Shown: positions 37,072-46,903, counted from the stretch's first letter. The stretch: DNA of 64,000 nucleotides from Clostridia bacterium (GCA_017521465.1 JAFXCN010000020.1:5797-69796); one strand, 5' to 3'. Notes: generated by a model from the sequence alone, not told the origin. Numbers and translations are program-made.

Positions 37072-37419
37072 TTATTTCCAAACATTATATACCGTTTTAC
37101 CATCTTTGTTTTTTATTAAGTTGTAAACACCATCAAGTGTGTTTACATTAATAGAATTTTCATCATTAAAAATTTCAATTGTATGATTTTGATTTAATCC
37201 AAATGGATTTTGACCATCTGGGAAATATGATTTTGTTTCAACAATAATTTTATCATCATAAATATAATAAGTTTTGTCAGGACCATCTACATGTGACATA
37301 TTGTTTGTTAATATTAAATTATAATCTTCTGGTATGGTATAAGTTAATTTCCAAATTATAAAACTTAATATTATAAGTAGTACTATAACAGATATTGTTA
37401 TTATTATTTTCTTTTTCAT
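37072..37419 (-). CDS. hypothetical membrane-anchored protein
   Basis: N-terminal TM followed by a 90-aa beta-rich domain. Confidence 0.4.
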   Translation of the reverse strand: MKKKIIITISVIVLLIILSFIIWKLTYTIPEDYNLILTNNMSHVDGPDKTYYIYDDKIIVETKSYFPDGQNPFGLNQNHTIEIFNDENSINVNTLDGVYNLIKNKDGKTVYNVWK

Positions 37420-37453
37420 ATATTATGTAACCTTTCTGAAATTAAAATATTAT

Positions 37454-37792
37454 TTATAAATCCGTATTTTTATTGTTATTTTTTTTACTTTTAATATATA
37501 TTATTATTTTTGCACAAATAGTTATAAGTAGCACGATTACAGAAAGTATTGCACTACCGAAGCTGAATAAAACTTCACCCAAATATGATAATCCAGGCAT
37601 AAAGCCATAGCCAGGCAAGTTCTCATAATATTGCCATAATGTTATAGAAATTATAATAGAAAAAGTTTCTAATAAAAATACTTTTACCCAGCTTTTCGTT
37701 TCTTTCTTTTTTATAGCTTTTACTAATAAAACTATTTGTCCTATAAATATTACTAAATATAATATTAATACAAGTAAAGTTTCAATAGACAT
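37454..37792 (-). CDS. hypothetical 3-TM membrane protein
   Basis: Hydrophobic segments; no motif recognised. Confidence 0.35.
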   Translation of the reverse strand: MSIETLLVLILYLVIFIGQIVLLVKAIKKKETKSWVKVFLLETFSIIISITLWQYYENLPGYGFMPGLSYLGEVLFSFGSAILSVIVLLITICAKIIIYIKSKKNNNKNTDL

Positions 37793-37894
37793 TTTCTCTC
37801 CTCCGATAATTTTGAATTCATTACTCTATAAATAGTATACAATAAAATTATTTTCTCAACAATAAAAAAGACCGCAAAATGCGGTCGATTTATA

Positions 37895-38578
37895 TTAATC
37901 ACTACTTGACTTGAGTCTAAGTACATGCAAGAAAATATTAAGAAAGTCCAGATAAATTTCGAGTGCATAAAAGATTGCACATACATTTTCATTTTCGTTG
38001 AGCTTATAAGAGTTAGAATGATTCTTAATCTTATAAATATCGTATGCAGTAACGGCAACAAAAATTAGGATTGCAACTGCAGATACGACAAAGGAATAAA
38101 GACTATTATTTACGAAAATATCAACTATCAATGCAATAAGCAAGCCAATCAGAAGAATGGTCAAAATGCTACCCCAGGAGGAAAGATCCTTTTTGGTAAC
38201 AAAACCGTAAATTGCTGCAACAGCAAAGACTCCAGCTGCGATAAAGAATGCAGAATAAATATCAGGCAGTTCGTAAGCGCGGAAAATTATCGAAAGAACT
38301 ATACCTTCAAGTGCTGTATAGGTTATAAAGTAAAAATATGCAACGGGAGATGTAATACGACTAATAGTAAAACAAATAATGAATGTATATACAACAAGTC
38401 CAATGTTAAGTCCTATAAGCAAACCATTTGAAAGTACTGCGCCAGAATTAGCAATGCTATATGCAGTAATGCCAGAAATCAAAAGGCCCACAAACATCCA
38501 AAGAAATACTTTAGTAAACAATGAGCTAGATTCCGATTCATGTCGGACTTGATGGCTGTAAGGGCGGTAGTTTGTCAT
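37895..38578 (-). CDS. Bax-inhibitor-1/YccA-family membrane protein
   Basis: 7-TM protein. GC-rich hairpin terminator GACCGCATTTTGCGGTC at 37871-37895. Confidence 0.75.
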   Translation of the reverse strand: MTNYRPYSHQVRHESESSSLFTKVFLWMFVGLLISGITAYSIANSGAVLSNGLLIGLNIGLVVYTFIICFTISRITSPVAYFYFITYTALEGIVLSIIFRAYELPDIYSAFFIAAGVFAVAAIYGFVTKKDLSSWGSILTILLIGLLIALIVDIFVNNSLYSFVVSAVAILIFVAVTAYDIYKIKNHSNSYKLNENENVCAIFYALEIYLDFLNIFLHVLRLKSSSD

Positions 38579-38744
38579 CTTTGCTCCTCCTTTTTTGTTT
38601 CGTGTTCAACTTTAATTATGTCAAGTGAAATCTAAGGGCCATTCAATAGAATCATCCTTCTTTCTATTTAAATTTCGATTGAATTATATCAAATATCATG
38701 TTTTATGTCAAATTATAGAACTTATCTCCGAGCAAAAATGTCCG

Positions 38745-38860
38745 CTGGCAGGATTTTTTCGTCGGACACAAAACACATGATTTTGGACAATTTATGTCCG
38801 ACGTAAAGTATTCGCTGGGCGGACGTTTGTGTCCGACGAAAAGTGCTTGCCTCGTTTTGT
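38745..38860. repeat. GTCGGACA-family repeat copies in mixed orientation forming a 19-bp inverted repeat
   Basis: TTTTTCGTCGGACACAAAA (38766-38784) and TTTGTGTCCGACGAAAAGT (38836-38854) are inverted. Internal copy ATGTCCGACGTAAAGTATTCGCTGGGCGG. Confidence 0.8.
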
Positions 38861-38893
38861 GCAAAATGTTATCATTATTGTATGGAGGTTTCT

Positions 38894-39913
38894 ATGATTA
38901 GTTATGATGATTTGCCAGAGATTTTAGTTAATTATATGAATTATAATGCTAACTTGAATAGGTCTAAAAATTCAATTAATGAGTATCGTTATGATCTTAC
39001 TAGATTTCTGAAGTATATTAAAGTTTTGAAATTAAAAATAAAGACGAATTCTTTGGATGAGGTTGATATTAATGATGTTGACGAGAAGCTTTTGAATAAA
39101 GTTACTTTGAATGATTTGTATGCGTACATGACTTATTTGCGTGATGAATGTGGTAATTCTGCTACTTCTCGTGCTCGTAAGGTTGCTAGCATTAAAGGTT
39201 TTTTTAGATATTTGCATGTTAAGGCTAAACTTATTGATGATAATCCAGCTAAAGAATTAGAAAGTCCTAAAGTTGGTAAACGTTTGCCGAAGTATTTATC
39301 GCTTACAGAAAGTCAAGAATTGCTTGATAAAGCCAAGTCTGGTGATATTCATATTAGAAGTAAACGCGGAAAATCAGAACAAGATCTTAGTGAGAATCAA
39401 AAGAAGTTATCGGCTCGTGATTTTGCTATGATTACTTTATTTTTAAATTGTGGCATGCGTCTTTCAGAACTTGTTGGAATTAATTTAGAACATATTAAAT
39501 TTGATGAATGCAATTTGACTGTTATAGGAAAAGGAAATAAAGAAAGAACAGTCTACTTAAATAAAGCTTGTATAAATGCTCTTAATGAATATTTAAAAGT
39601 TAGACCTGATATTGATGGCAAAGATAAAAACGCTCTTTTCTTGAGTGAAAGAAAAAAACGTATAAGCAATAGAATGGTTCAAACTACTATTTCGGAATAT
39701 CTTAAAGCGGTTGGCTTAAGTGGTTATTCAACACATAAATTAAGACATACTGCGGCAACGCTTATGTATCAAAATGGTGTTGATGTAAGAGCGCTTCAAG
39801 AAATATTAGGACATGAAAGTATTGGTACAACTGAAATATATACACATGTAGATAATTATCAAATAAGACAAGCGATAGAAAACAATCCGCTTGCTGATTA
39901 TAAAGCAAAATAA
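38894..39913 (+). CDS. tyrosine recombinase, XerD/XerC-like
   Basis: C-terminal catalytic motifs HKLRHTAAT...LGHESIGTTEIYTH. ATG 38894 behind GGAGG. Hairpin terminator 39914-39942. Confidence 0.85.
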   Translation: MISYDDLPEILVNYMNYNANLNRSKNSINEYRYDLTRFLKYIKVLKLKIKTNSLDEVDINDVDEKLLNKVTLNDLYAYMTYLRDECGNSATSRARKVASIKGFFRYLHVKAKLIDDNPAKELESPKVGKRLPKYLSLTESQELLDKAKSGDIHIRSKRGKSEQDLSENQKKLSARDFAMITLFLNCGMRLSELVGINLEHIKFDECNLTVIGKGNKERTVYLNKACINALNEYLKVRPDIDGKDKNALFLSERKKRISNRMVQTTISEYLKAVGLSGYSTHKLRHTAATLMYQNGVDVRALQEILGHESIGTTEIYTHVDNYQIRQAIENNPLADYKAK

Positions 39914-39973
39914 AACTACGGAGAAAACTCCGTAGTTTTTTATACCAAAGAAAAGTTAAATGTATACAAATAT

Positions 39974-40246
39974 TTATACTGTAGGAATTAGTAGCTCCTG
40001 TCCTATGTAAATATCTGAATTGTTTAAATTATTTATTTTCTTTATTTCAAAAATATTTTCATTTATATTTCCATCAAGCGATTTTGCAATGCTCCAAAGT
40101 GTATCTCCATTAGAAACTATAACTTTTTCATATGTTGGTTCTTGATATGAAAAAACTCCTCCGAAAATACAATTAAATATAGAAAACATTAATATAAATA
40201 TTATTGACATTGATATTATAAATCTTGGCATACTCTTTATTCTCAT
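39974..40246 (-). CDS. LysM-domain membrane protein
   Basis: Signal-anchor plus LysM motif VSNGDTLWSIAKSL...IYIGQELLIP. Confidence 0.6.
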   Translation of the reverse strand: MRIKSMPRFIISMSIIFILMFSIFNCIFGGVFSYQEPTYEKVIVSNGDTLWSIAKSLDGNINENIFEIKKINNLNNSDIYIGQELLIPTV

Positions 40247-40445
40247 ATATAACACTCCTTCATCTCTAAAAGAACTCTTGTTCTTATCTATGATTAAATT
40301 ATATGCGAACATTTATTCTTTGTCAACAATTTTCGATAAAAAAACGCAAAAAAATGTTCGCCTTGTTTTGAAGTGAAGAACTAATAATAAAAGGTAAATA
40401 GTAAACGCCAAAAAACGATTGAGATTTCTCTCAATCGTTTTTGTC

Positions 40446-41654
40446 TTATTTTACAATATTCAATGTTTCTCTTGCGATGATGATTTCTTCGTTTGTTGCG
40501 ATTACGAACATTTTAACTTTAGAATCTGGTGTGCTAACGATTCCTTCATATTGTTCATCTCCAAGATGAGAATCATCATACTTAATTCCAAATTCTTCTA
40601 AACCTTCAATGCAGGCTTTTACAACATCAGGATTATGTTCTCCTATTCCGCCTTCAAATGTGATGCAATCGATATGACCAAGAACAGCCATGTATGCGCC
40701 AATGTATTTTCTAACTCTGTAAGCTAATACATCAAGTGCCATTGCAGCTCTTTCATCACCTTGATCACGTAATAATCTTAAGTCACGGATATCACCTGTT
40801 TTGCCTGAAAGTGCAAGCAATCCAGATTCTTTATTTAAAGTATTAAGCATTTGGTGAATGTCCATATTCTCTCTTTCCATAACGAATTCAAGAACAGCAG
40901 GATCGATATCACCGCATCTAGTACCCATAACAAGACCTTCAAGTGGAGTGAATCCCATTGATGTGTCTACACATTTACCATTTTTAACAGCTGTAATACT
41001 TGAGCCATTACCAAGATGGCAAGAGATCAAGTTAACTTCTGATAAGTCTTTACCAAGTAATTTTGCAGCTTCTTCAGTTACAAATTGGTGAGACATACCA
41101 TGAGCACCATATCTTCTAACACCATGTTTTTCATACCAATCATATTTAACGCCATACATATATGCTCTTTCAGGCATTGTTTGATGGAATGATGTGTCAA
41201 ATACCATTACTTGTGGAATTCCTGGCATTGTCTTTGTACAAGCAGAAACACCTTGAAGCGCTGGTGGATTGTGAAGTGGTGCGTATGGAATAGATTTTTC
41301 ATTGAATGTTTTTAATACTTCATCTGTAACTAATGTAGTCTTGTTGAAGAAAGGACCAGCATTAACTATTCTATGCCCAATCGCAGATATTTCTTTTAAT
41401 TCAGAAATAACTCCTACTTCTTTATCTAATAAGTAACGAACAACAGCTTCGAAAGCGGCTGTGTGATCTGGTAAAGGAAGTTCCTCAACCAATTTTCCAC
41501 TTTTTCCTTTATATTCGATAAAAGGTTTTCCAATTTCACCTTCTGCTGCACCGATACGGTCACATTTTCCTTTTGCAAGTACGCTTTCGTTTTCCATATC
41601 GATTAATTGATACTTAAGCGATGAGCTACCGCAGTTTACAACTAATACTTTCAT
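40446..41654 (-). CDS. ackA: acetate kinase
   Basis: N-terminal VLVVNCGSSSLKYQL and full-length acetokinase similarity. Terminator hairpin 40405-40440. Confidence 0.95.
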   Translation of the reverse strand: MKVLVVNCGSSSLKYQLIDMENESVLAKGKCDRIGAAEGEIGKPFIEYKGKSGKLVEELPLPDHTAAFEAVVRYLLDKEVGVISELKEISAIGHRIVNAGPFFNKTTLVTDEVLKTFNEKSIPYAPLHNPPALQGVSACTKTMPGIPQVMVFDTSFHQTMPERAYMYGVKYDWYEKHGVRRYGAHGMSHQFVTEEAAKLLGKDLSEVNLISCHLGNGSSITAVKNGKCVDTSMGFTPLEGLVMGTRCGDIDPAVLEFVMERENMDIHQMLNTLNKESGLLALSGKTGDIRDLRLLRDQGDERAAMALDVLAYRVRKYIGAYMAVLGHIDCITFEGGIGEHNPDVVKACIEGLEEFGIKYDDSHLGDEQYEGIVSTPDSKVKMFVIATNEEIIIARETLNIVK

Positions 41655-41971
41655 ATCCTAAATCCTCCCTGTTAATTAGTTTTAATTCGAGGAACATTCT
41701 ACCACAAATGACATAAAATATCAACAAAAAGACAAACAAAAATGTTAAGATTTAATTTGCAATAAGAAAAATGAAAATCTAAAAATCAAAGATTTTTGAT
41801 TTTCATATGTCGAGCTCCGCTCGACTTTAATATGAAGTTATTCTTGTATAATAGGAAAGAATATAAGTATAATTTTGGCTTGTAACGCTTGTTACACACA
41901 AGCTACAATCAAAAATTGTCGATAACTTTCCTATTATATAAAAAAGAGCAGATTGCTCTGCTCTAATTATC

Positions 41972-42772
41972 TTACTTTCCTCTACAGCCATTAACCCTGA
42001 GCTGGTAGTATATTGCATTCTTGGAAACTCCAAAGTATCGTGCCAGTTCTGTAACATTCCGCTGACCATTATGCCACATATCACAAAGAGCTTTAATCTC
42101 ATTTTCACGCAAACGCTCGCCAGTCTTGGGCCAGTCTTCTTTACTGGACATTTTGGATTGAGAAATCGGTTCGGCACTAGGCCGAGAAGTATTGCCATCT
42201 GTGGTAACAGTAGCCATTTGCTTCATGGATGCACGCTTCTGCTTCTTCTCTTCAGATGAACTGCACTCGGGAATTTTAGATGCCCAACGGCATACAGTTG
42301 CAATACTGACTTCAAATTCAGTAGCAATGTCAGCAATAGGCAGACAGTCGTTCCACATCTGTACGAACCGTTCCAGCTTGCCGGCAAGCTTGTCAGGAAT
42401 AAGCTGTTTAGCACCGATGCGCTTGAACGCTTTCCTCCTGCCATATCCATTCTTATAAGCATAGTTATATACGGAATTCTTCGTGACACCAAGTTGATCG
42501 GCCATCGTCTCGGCAGAGACACCCTCATTCCAGAGCTTCTCGAACAGCTCTTTGTCGATGCGCTTCCTGGTGGACTTTTTGGGCGCTTCAGAAGCCGCTT
42601 CTTCACGAATTTCAACTACCGTATTATCCTTTTTAGAAACATTCACATTAGGTTCAGCAGTGGTAGCATCATCACGATACACCCTGAAAACTACTTCGGT
42701 CGGGCTTGCTTGGATGAAATCAACCTTGATGCCTTCTTCGGCAACAAACCGGAAAGAGAACTCTTTCATTTT
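41972..42772 (-). CDS. GC-rich foreign gene: protein with three helix-turn-helix-like repeats
   Basis: Coding GC about 50% against a 28-30% background. Three copies of a pattern like LW(N/H)xG..V..(I/M)A..(F/L)GV(T/S)KN(S/A)(V/I)Y. Own terminator AGAGCAGAGCAATCTGCTCT followed by T7 at 41944-41968 (minus). Confidence 0.5.
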   Translation of the reverse strand, partial: KMKEFSFRFVAEEGIKVDFIQASPTEVVFRVYRDDATTAEPNVNVSKKDNTVVEIREEAASEAPKKSTRKRIDKELFEKLWNEGVSAETMADQLGVTKNSVYNYAYKNGYGRRKAFKRIGAKQLIPDKLAGKLERFVQMWNDCLPIADIATEFEVSIATVCRWASKIPECSSSEEKKQKRASMKQMATVTTDGNTSRPSAEPISQSKMSSKEDWPKTGERLRENEIKALCDMWHNGQRNVTELARYFGVSKNAIYYQLRVNGCRGK

Positions 42773-42941
42773 TTCCCCTCCTATGGGTTGGTTGGTTGTG
42801 TAGTAAAGTAACGCCATTAACAGATAAGAAAATTATCTCCTTTCCTTAGTTAATAGGTATAAACCAGAGGTATTATATCATAATAAAACAATTATGTAAA
42901 GCAAAAGAGACGAATTTTATGTTCGCCTCTTTTCTATATAT

Positions 42942-43934
42942 TTAATTATTTTGTGCTTGTACTGCAGTTATTGCAACAACTCCTACGATATCGTCAGCCT
43001 TACATCCTCTTGATAAATCATTAACTGGTCTTGCAATACCCTGTGTTACTGGTCCATATGCTTCAGCTTTTGCTAATCTTTCAACCAATTTATAGCCGAT
43101 ATTTCCTGCATTTAGGTCTGGGAAGATAAGTATGTTGGCTTTGCCTGCAACTTTGCTTTCTGGAGCTTTTTTAGCACCTACTGAAGGTACTATAGAAGCA
43201 TCTAATTGTAATTCTCCATCAACTGCTAATTCTGGCATTTTTTCTCTAACCAATTTAGTAGCTTCGATAACTTTTCCTGTCATTTCTGTTAAAGGTGCGC
43301 TACCTAATGATGAATATGATAACATAGATACTCTAGGTTCTGTACCGATTAATTGTTTCCATGTGTTTGCAGATGATATTGCTATTTCTGATAATTCTTC
43401 AGCATTTGGATTTGTATTTAATCCACAATCTGAGAATAGGAACATTCCGTCTTCTCCTAATTCGCAATTAGGAACTTGCATAATAAAGAATGAAGAAACT
43501 AGCTTAACACCAGGAGCTGTCTTTATTATTTGAAGTGATGGACGAAGTGTATCAGCTGTTGAGCATACGCTTCCAGCAACTAATCCGTCAGCATCTCCTT
43601 GCTTTATCATCATTGTGCCGTAATATATATTATCTTTCATTGTTTCTCTAGCTTTTTCTTCTGTCATTCCTTTAGCTTTTCTTAATTCATAAAAAGCTTG
43701 TACATAATCTTCAAATTTTTCACTATTTTCAGGGTCAATAACTTCAATGTCTGAAATATCTATATCGCTAACTGTTTTCAAATTTTCTCTATTTCCAATC
43801 AAAATTACTTTTGCAAAACCTTCATCAGCAATTTTACGAGCCGCTTCTAGCACTCTAACGTCACTACTTTCTGGTAATACAATTCTTTTAATATCTTTTT
43901 TTGCATTTTCTTTTACTTTATCAATAAAGTTCAT
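42942..43934 (-). CDS. pta: phosphate acetyltransferase
   Basis: Pta family. Start MNFIDKV at 43934 behind RBS AAAGGAGAG with a -10 TATAAT upstream. Own terminator at 42905-42935. Confidence 0.9.
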   Translation of the reverse strand: MNFIDKVKENAKKDIKRIVLPESSDVRVLEAARKIADEGFAKVILIGNRENLKTVSDIDISDIEVIDPENSEKFEDYVQAFYELRKAKGMTEEKARETMKDNIYYGTMMIKQGDADGLVAGSVCSTADTLRPSLQIIKTAPGVKLVSSFFIMQVPNCELGEDGMFLFSDCGLNTNPNAEELSEIAISSANTWKQLIGTEPRVSMLSYSSLGSAPLTEMTGKVIEATKLVREKMPELAVDGELQLDASIVPSVGAKKAPESKVAGKANILIFPDLNAGNIGYKLVERLAKAEAYGPVTQGIARPVNDLSRGCKADDIVGVVAITAVQAQNN

Positions 43935-44026
43935 AATATCTTCTCTCCTTTTTGTAAATTTACGAATAGTATTATATAACAAAGATTAAAAAAATAAAAG
44001 AAAAACAGCGAGAATTTCTCTCGCTG

Positions 44027-44221
44027 TTATTCTTTTAGCATATCCTCTACATAGTAGTCGTCAATGGCCAGCATAACAAGCCTCTGTTCTCCGCCTCGAG
44101 GCTTGTGAGTTGGGTCGTATGACCGCATGGCATCCTTTTGCCGATTTTTTTGGGTATTGTTCGTAGGTGTTTTTTCTCGCTTGTGCCTGTTTTTCATATC
44201 CCGACGATAATTGATCTTCAT
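44027..44221 (-). CDS. hypothetical small basic protein
   Basis: 64 aa, K/R-rich N-terminus; hairpin terminator downstream at 44000-44026. Confidence 0.3.
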   Translation of the reverse strand: MKINYRRDMKNRHKREKTPTNNTQKNRQKDAMRSYDPTHKPRGGEQRLVMLAIDDYYVEDMLKE

Positions 44222-44306
44222 TTGAATGACCTCTCTCTCGCTTTTTATAACAAAGGTTCCTTATATATTATATCAACTATTGCAGATTATGTCAACACAA
44301 AAAGAA

Positions 44307-44609
44307 TTATAAAATTGTCACGAAAGCTAAGTTATCTGCATTACAAATTGTTCTCCTGCCATTGCTTAACGAACATAGAGTTATATAGTCACAACCAACA
44401 GCCTCTAATACACCTGTAATCTCCTCTCTTTCTTCAGAATTAGGAAAAATAAATTCACACATACATCTACTTCCTATATATCTAGATAGATTATCAAGTA
44501 AAGTTTCGTCTCTATTACAGCAGCCTGTTCTAGGAGTTGTCGTTGTTAGGTTCAGAACAGCTGATGGATTAGTGTTATTATTATCTTCACCGCATAGACA
44601 TCTTCTCAT
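44307..44609 (-). CDS. hypothetical Cys-rich small protein (possibly spore-associated)
   Basis: 100 aa with 10 Cys (CLCG, CC, CMC). Confidence 0.3.
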   Translation of the reverse strand: MRRCLCGEDNNNTNPSAVLNLTTTTPRTGCCNRDETLLDNLSRYIGSRCMCEFIFPNSEEREEITGVLEAVGCDYITLCSLSNGRRTICNADNLAFVTIL

Positions 44610-44659
44610 AGGAAATCTCCTTTCTCTTTGCTATATATTATGCTATAATTCTAAAAGAG

Positions 44660-45520
44660 GTGATTAAAATAAAGCTAATATATACAGTAACTCAAGAAGA
44701 TTTAAATCTAAAATCAATATTAAGAAATAAGCTAAAGATTTCAAATAGATTACTTATAAAACTAAAATTAAATCATATGATATTTGTAAATAATGAGCCT
44801 GTGACTATAAATCATGAATTAAAAGAAAATGATATAGTTGAAGCAAGAATTGATTTTATAGAAGATGATGATATTGTTCCTGAAAAAATGGATTTAGATA
44901 TTTTATACGAAGATGAATATCTACTAGCTATAAATAAGCTACCTGGGATTGTTGTGCATCCATCTAGTTATCATCCTAAAGGAACACTTGCGAATGGAGT
45001 TAAATACTATTTAAATAATAAAAGAAAGATTAGACCAATAAACCGTTTAGATAGAGATACATCTGGTGTAGTATTATTTGCCAAAAATGAATACATACAA
45101 GAAAGATTCGTTTCATTAAAAGTTGATAAAGAATATATTGCTATACTAAATGGAACCCCTTCTCCTCTTGCTGACACTATAAATGCTAAAATAGCTCGAA
45201 AAGAGGGCTCGATAATGGAAAGATGCGTATCAGAAGCGGGACAAGAAGCAATTACACATTATACAGTAATAGAAGAACACGAAAATTATAGTATATTAAG
45301 TGTAAAAATAGAAACTGGCAGAACACATCAAATAAGAGTCCATATGGCCCATATAGGACATCCTATTGTTGGAGACACATTATATGGTCAAGAAAGTGAA
45401 TTAATCACAAGACAAGCTTTGCATTCGTATAAGACATCATTTGTGCATCCGATAACGGGAGAAGAAATTACAATATGTGCAGAGCTGCCAGAAGATATGG
45501 GTGTGCTGCTAAAAATTTAA
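44660..45520 (+). CDS. RluA-family 23S rRNA pseudouridine synthase (RluD-like)
   Basis: Catalytic motif INRLDRDTSGVVLFAK. S4-like N-terminus. GTG start. Confidence 0.85.
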   Translation: MIKIKLIYTVTQEDLNLKSILRNKLKISNRLLIKLKLNHMIFVNNEPVTINHELKENDIVEARIDFIEDDDIVPEKMDLDILYEDEYLLAINKLPGIVVHPSSYHPKGTLANGVKYYLNNKRKIRPINRLDRDTSGVVLFAKNEYIQERFVSLKVDKEYIAILNGTPSPLADTINAKIARKEGSIMERCVSEAGQEAITHYTVIEEHENYSILSVKIETGRTHQIRVHMAHIGHPIVGDTLYGQESELITRQALHSYKTSFVHPITGEEITICAELPEDMGVLLKI

Positions 45521-45545
45521 GTTTGATTATCATTCCAAGGATATG

Positions 45546-45640
45546 TAACGCAGTTCGTTTCCGCAGACGGCCGCTGCGCGGGCGGCAATTCGCCCTTTTC
45601 CGTCAGCGGAAATGTTTCCTTCGGAAACTTAGTTACTCCC
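45546..45640 (+). repeat. GC-rich multi-hairpin repeat element (TAACGCAGTTCG family), copy A
   Basis: TAACGCAGTTCGTTTCCGCAGACGG...CCGTCAGCGGAAATGTTTCCTTCGGAAAC. Shares architecture with the copies at 52860 and 61627. Confidence 0.8.
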
Positions 45641-45649
45641 GGAACTATG

Positions 45650-45700
45650 AGTAAGACATGTAAAAAACAGTCATCAGATAAATCTAATGACTGTTACTTT
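45650..45700 (-). terminator. rho-independent terminator of rnpB
   Basis: Minus strand: CAGTCATTAGATTTATCTGATGACTG followed by TTTTTT. Confidence 0.6.
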
Positions 45701-45707
45701 TTATAAA

Positions 45708-46046
45708 AAGAGCAAATCTATAAGCCGGGTTCTGTATTTGATAATCATTTATCTAGGATATACATTGCTGTATACCTCAAGCCGCCTTCTTCAAGAAGTA
45801 ATAGCGGGCAACTTAAACTTCTTCCATGGCGTTGCTCCGAGTGGGGTTTACATAGCCAATATGTCTCCATATTGCTGGTAGGCTCTTACCCTGCCTTTCC
45901 ATCCTTACCTTATTACTAAGGCGGTATATTTCTGTTGCACTATCCTTAGAGTTACCTCCACCAGCCGTTAGCTGGCACCCTGCCCTGTGGAGCCCGGACT
46001 TTCCTCATATGCTATAAATAGCATCCGCGATTATCTGACTTACTCC
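45708..46046 (-). ncRNA. rnpB: RNase P RNA
   Basis: Minus strand contains GAGGAAAGTCCGGGCTCCACAGGGCAGGGTGCCAGCTAACGGCTGG and the 3' P4 strand ACAGAACCCGGCTTA. Promoter TTGACT-17-TATAAT at about 46060-46090 (minus). Ends are approximate. Confidence 0.85.
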
Positions 46047-46153
46047 ATAGATATTATACTTTATGTTGCCTAAAAAGTCAATTTGTGTCCACACTTTTCA
46101 CTATTCATTATTCACTAACCAAAAAAGCCGGGGAAATTCCCCCGGCTTTTTGG

Positions 46154-46903
46154 TTATACATCTTTTATCCATTCCCAGAAGAAATTTTCCAGGAATATTC
46201 TAGGTGTTTGACCATGTGTCCAATCACCTACTACATATGCGTTATTGCTATCCTCTTCTCGCCAGGCACACTCTCTTGTGCCTAATTCAGTATAAAAGAG
46301 ATTAGCAAAATCATCTCGTGCGTTAAGGCCTATTTTCCTGTTCTCCTCACCTGTTCCAACAACAACCATAGCATTTACCATAGAAGAATCAAGTTCATTG
46401 CCGGTGTTACTTCTGCCAGAAATAAACACCCAACCATCAACAATGTCGTATCCATAATTATACGCCAAATTGAAAATCATAATGGCGCCATTTGAATGAC
46501 CTGCTAAAACGATTTTGGCTTTTGGATACTTGTTTTTTTGAAGTTCAATCAAATCAAGTACTTCATCTGTATTTGAGTGAAAGTCTTGATCATCATGAGC
46601 TTGCGGACATACTATTACGGCACCTGCTGGAAGCCAATTCTCAGGTATTGTAGTTGCATACTTAGTAGGACCATCAGTAGCTTTTTCGCCCATCAAATTC
46701 TTTAAATCTCTAAGTCGAGAACCTGTGTTACCGCTCCCGTGGAAATAGATTATCACAGTATCTACAGTAGTTGTTTGCTCACTTTCGAGCAAAGTGTACT
46801 TCCAATGACCGTTATCAATAGTAGTTACATCTGTTGCAAAAGCACATTGAGCATAGGTAAGCAAAAGACATGTTGCAAGGATAGTCAGAAAGATTTTCCG
46901 CAT
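46154..46903 (-). CDS. secreted alpha/beta hydrolase (esterase/lipase-like)
   Basis: Signal peptide; nucleophile elbow AGHSNGA. GC about 40%. GC-rich terminator AAAAAGCCGGGGAAATTCCCCCGGCTTTTT at 46120-46150. Confidence 0.55.
   Translation of the reverse strand: MRKIFLTILATCLLLTYAQCAFATDVTTIDNGHWKYTLLESEQTTTVDTVIIYFHGSGNTGSRLRDLKNLMGEKATDGPTKYATTIPENWLPAGAVIVCPQAHDDQDFHSNTDEVLDLIELQKNKYPKAKIVLAGHSNGAIMIFNLAYNYGYDIVDGWVFISGRSNTGNELDSSMVNAMVVVGTGEENRKIGLNARDDFANLFYTELGTRECAWREEDSNNAYVVGDWTHGQTPRIFLENFFWEWIKDV

Noticed and set aside
42071-42811. Several 60-130-aa ORFs on both strands within the GC-rich insert
   Set aside because: They are composition artefacts overlapping the 266-aa minus-strand gene, which has a consistent RBS and terminator.
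43132-43989. Plus-strand ORFs antisense to pta
   Set aside because: They lie inside a well-supported pta gene and have no RBS.
45687-46285. Small ORFs at 45687-45881 and 46085-46285
   Set aside because: They overlap the RNase P RNA gene, its promoter and the downstream terminator or repeat.
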